From Fonticula alba ATCC 38817 (Eukaryota > Protista > Nucleariida): a DNA stretch of 64,000 bases. The stretch lies in the NCBI GenBank assembly GCA_000388065.2, contig KB932207.1; one strand, written 5' to 3'. Each line of letters begins with the position of its first letter. Within the stretch, counting starts at the first letter, position 1. Below are positions 63,270 through 64,000 of the stretch, piece by piece. Position numbers and translations under genes: made by a program. The notes beneath the pieces are model-generated. The model was not told the DNA's origin, ran no database searches, and saw nothing but the letters and a program-made list of their open reading frames with translations.

Positions 63270-63939
63270 CGCAATGGAGTGCGATCGATCAGTTGCTCGT
63301 GACCAGACAATCCGATATCACGCGACTACTCCAGAATAGACTCCCTGCGGAGTCCATCTGGAGTCCTCCCGGCAGTAGCCCCCTTGGGCTCTCGGCCCCT
63401 CGCCGGGGGAAGAAGGGCACAGGGGGTGGTGGGACGCACCGGCTGGGCCCTTCGCATTTTGGCAGCCTGACCCGGGGCCGGGGAGCTGCCTCTTGGTGTG
63501 TGTACCCCTTGAAGGAGATGGCCCCCCCCCTCCCCCCCCTCCGTTCCTCCCTACCGCGCTTCCCGTCCAGTTTCCCGTCGGGCATATCTGTCCATCGGGG
63601 GGGGGTGCGTGTGTTTTGGTACTGGGCCCCAGCCCGAGAAGCGGCCTCGAGGAAGCCCGTGCATACAACCAATCAGCAACAGGGCCCGGTCGTGCCAGGG
63701 TGGTGGGCCCCGGGGTACGTTCGCGCGTCATGCCCAGCCGCGGGCGGGCCCTCTTGTTGTTGTACCGAAGGGAGGCAGACGGTTCCTGCGGTTCCACACC
63801 TGCCCGGCCGCCCTCCAGGCGACTCCATGGTTCTCAAAAGTGTGCCCAGAAGAGAAACGGGGCCCCTTGCAGACAAGCACCCCGAGCGCTTGGGGAAGGG
63901 GGGGCGGGGCGGGGCCGGGCGCAGGGGGGAAATAAATAA
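63270..63939 (+). CDS. Possible additional coding exons (unassigned)
   Basis: A low-repeat segment reading WSAIDQLLVTRQSDITRLLQNRLPAES is flanked by plus-strand intron-like (CA)n and C-run tracts. GTGTGT at ~63496 and CCAG at ~63570 could be splice sites. An ORF ends at TAA 63937-63939 inside AAATAAATAATAAA. Confidence 0.25.
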
Positions 63940-64000
63940 TAAAGACGCCGACATGTACCTTTGAAGGGGCGGCTAGAGACAAGAGCACTTGCAGGGGGGG

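Overview
GC-rich, intron-dense eukaryotic genomic DNA with about a dozen N-gaps, most next to long G/C homopolymers. The mix of animal-like and fungal-like genes and the sequence style suggest an early-branching opisthokont such as Fonticula; this is an inference, not tested. I could assemble 19 spliced genes to their stop codons by eye. These are UBE2G-type E2, TMEM70-like, DHHC palmitoyltransferase, Pus10, calcineurin A, a secreted Cys-rich protein with a possible GPI anchor, C8orf82-like, eIF3a, Cbp4-like, Prp18, PHAF1-like, NAT9, PARL/Pcp1 rhomboid, Tim23, Cox23-like, glutamate-cysteine ligase, a GLUT-type sugar porter, SWI3/SMARCC and an INO80-type coiled-coil protein. There is also a partial unknown gene at the left edge. 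I recognised no rRNA, tRNA, CRISPR array or transposase. The features most worth follow-up are: (i) a perfect 161-bp tandem duplication that folds into nested hairpins (candidate structured ncRNA); (ii) a 5' splice-site consensus GTRCGY with C at +4; (iii) a 15-nt micro-exon carrying the DHH of the DHHC motif; (iv) a 35-nt hairpin shared by calcineurin A and the adjacent Cys-rich gene; (v) no TAG among 19 stop codons. Exon boundaries were read manually and are approximate unless stated.
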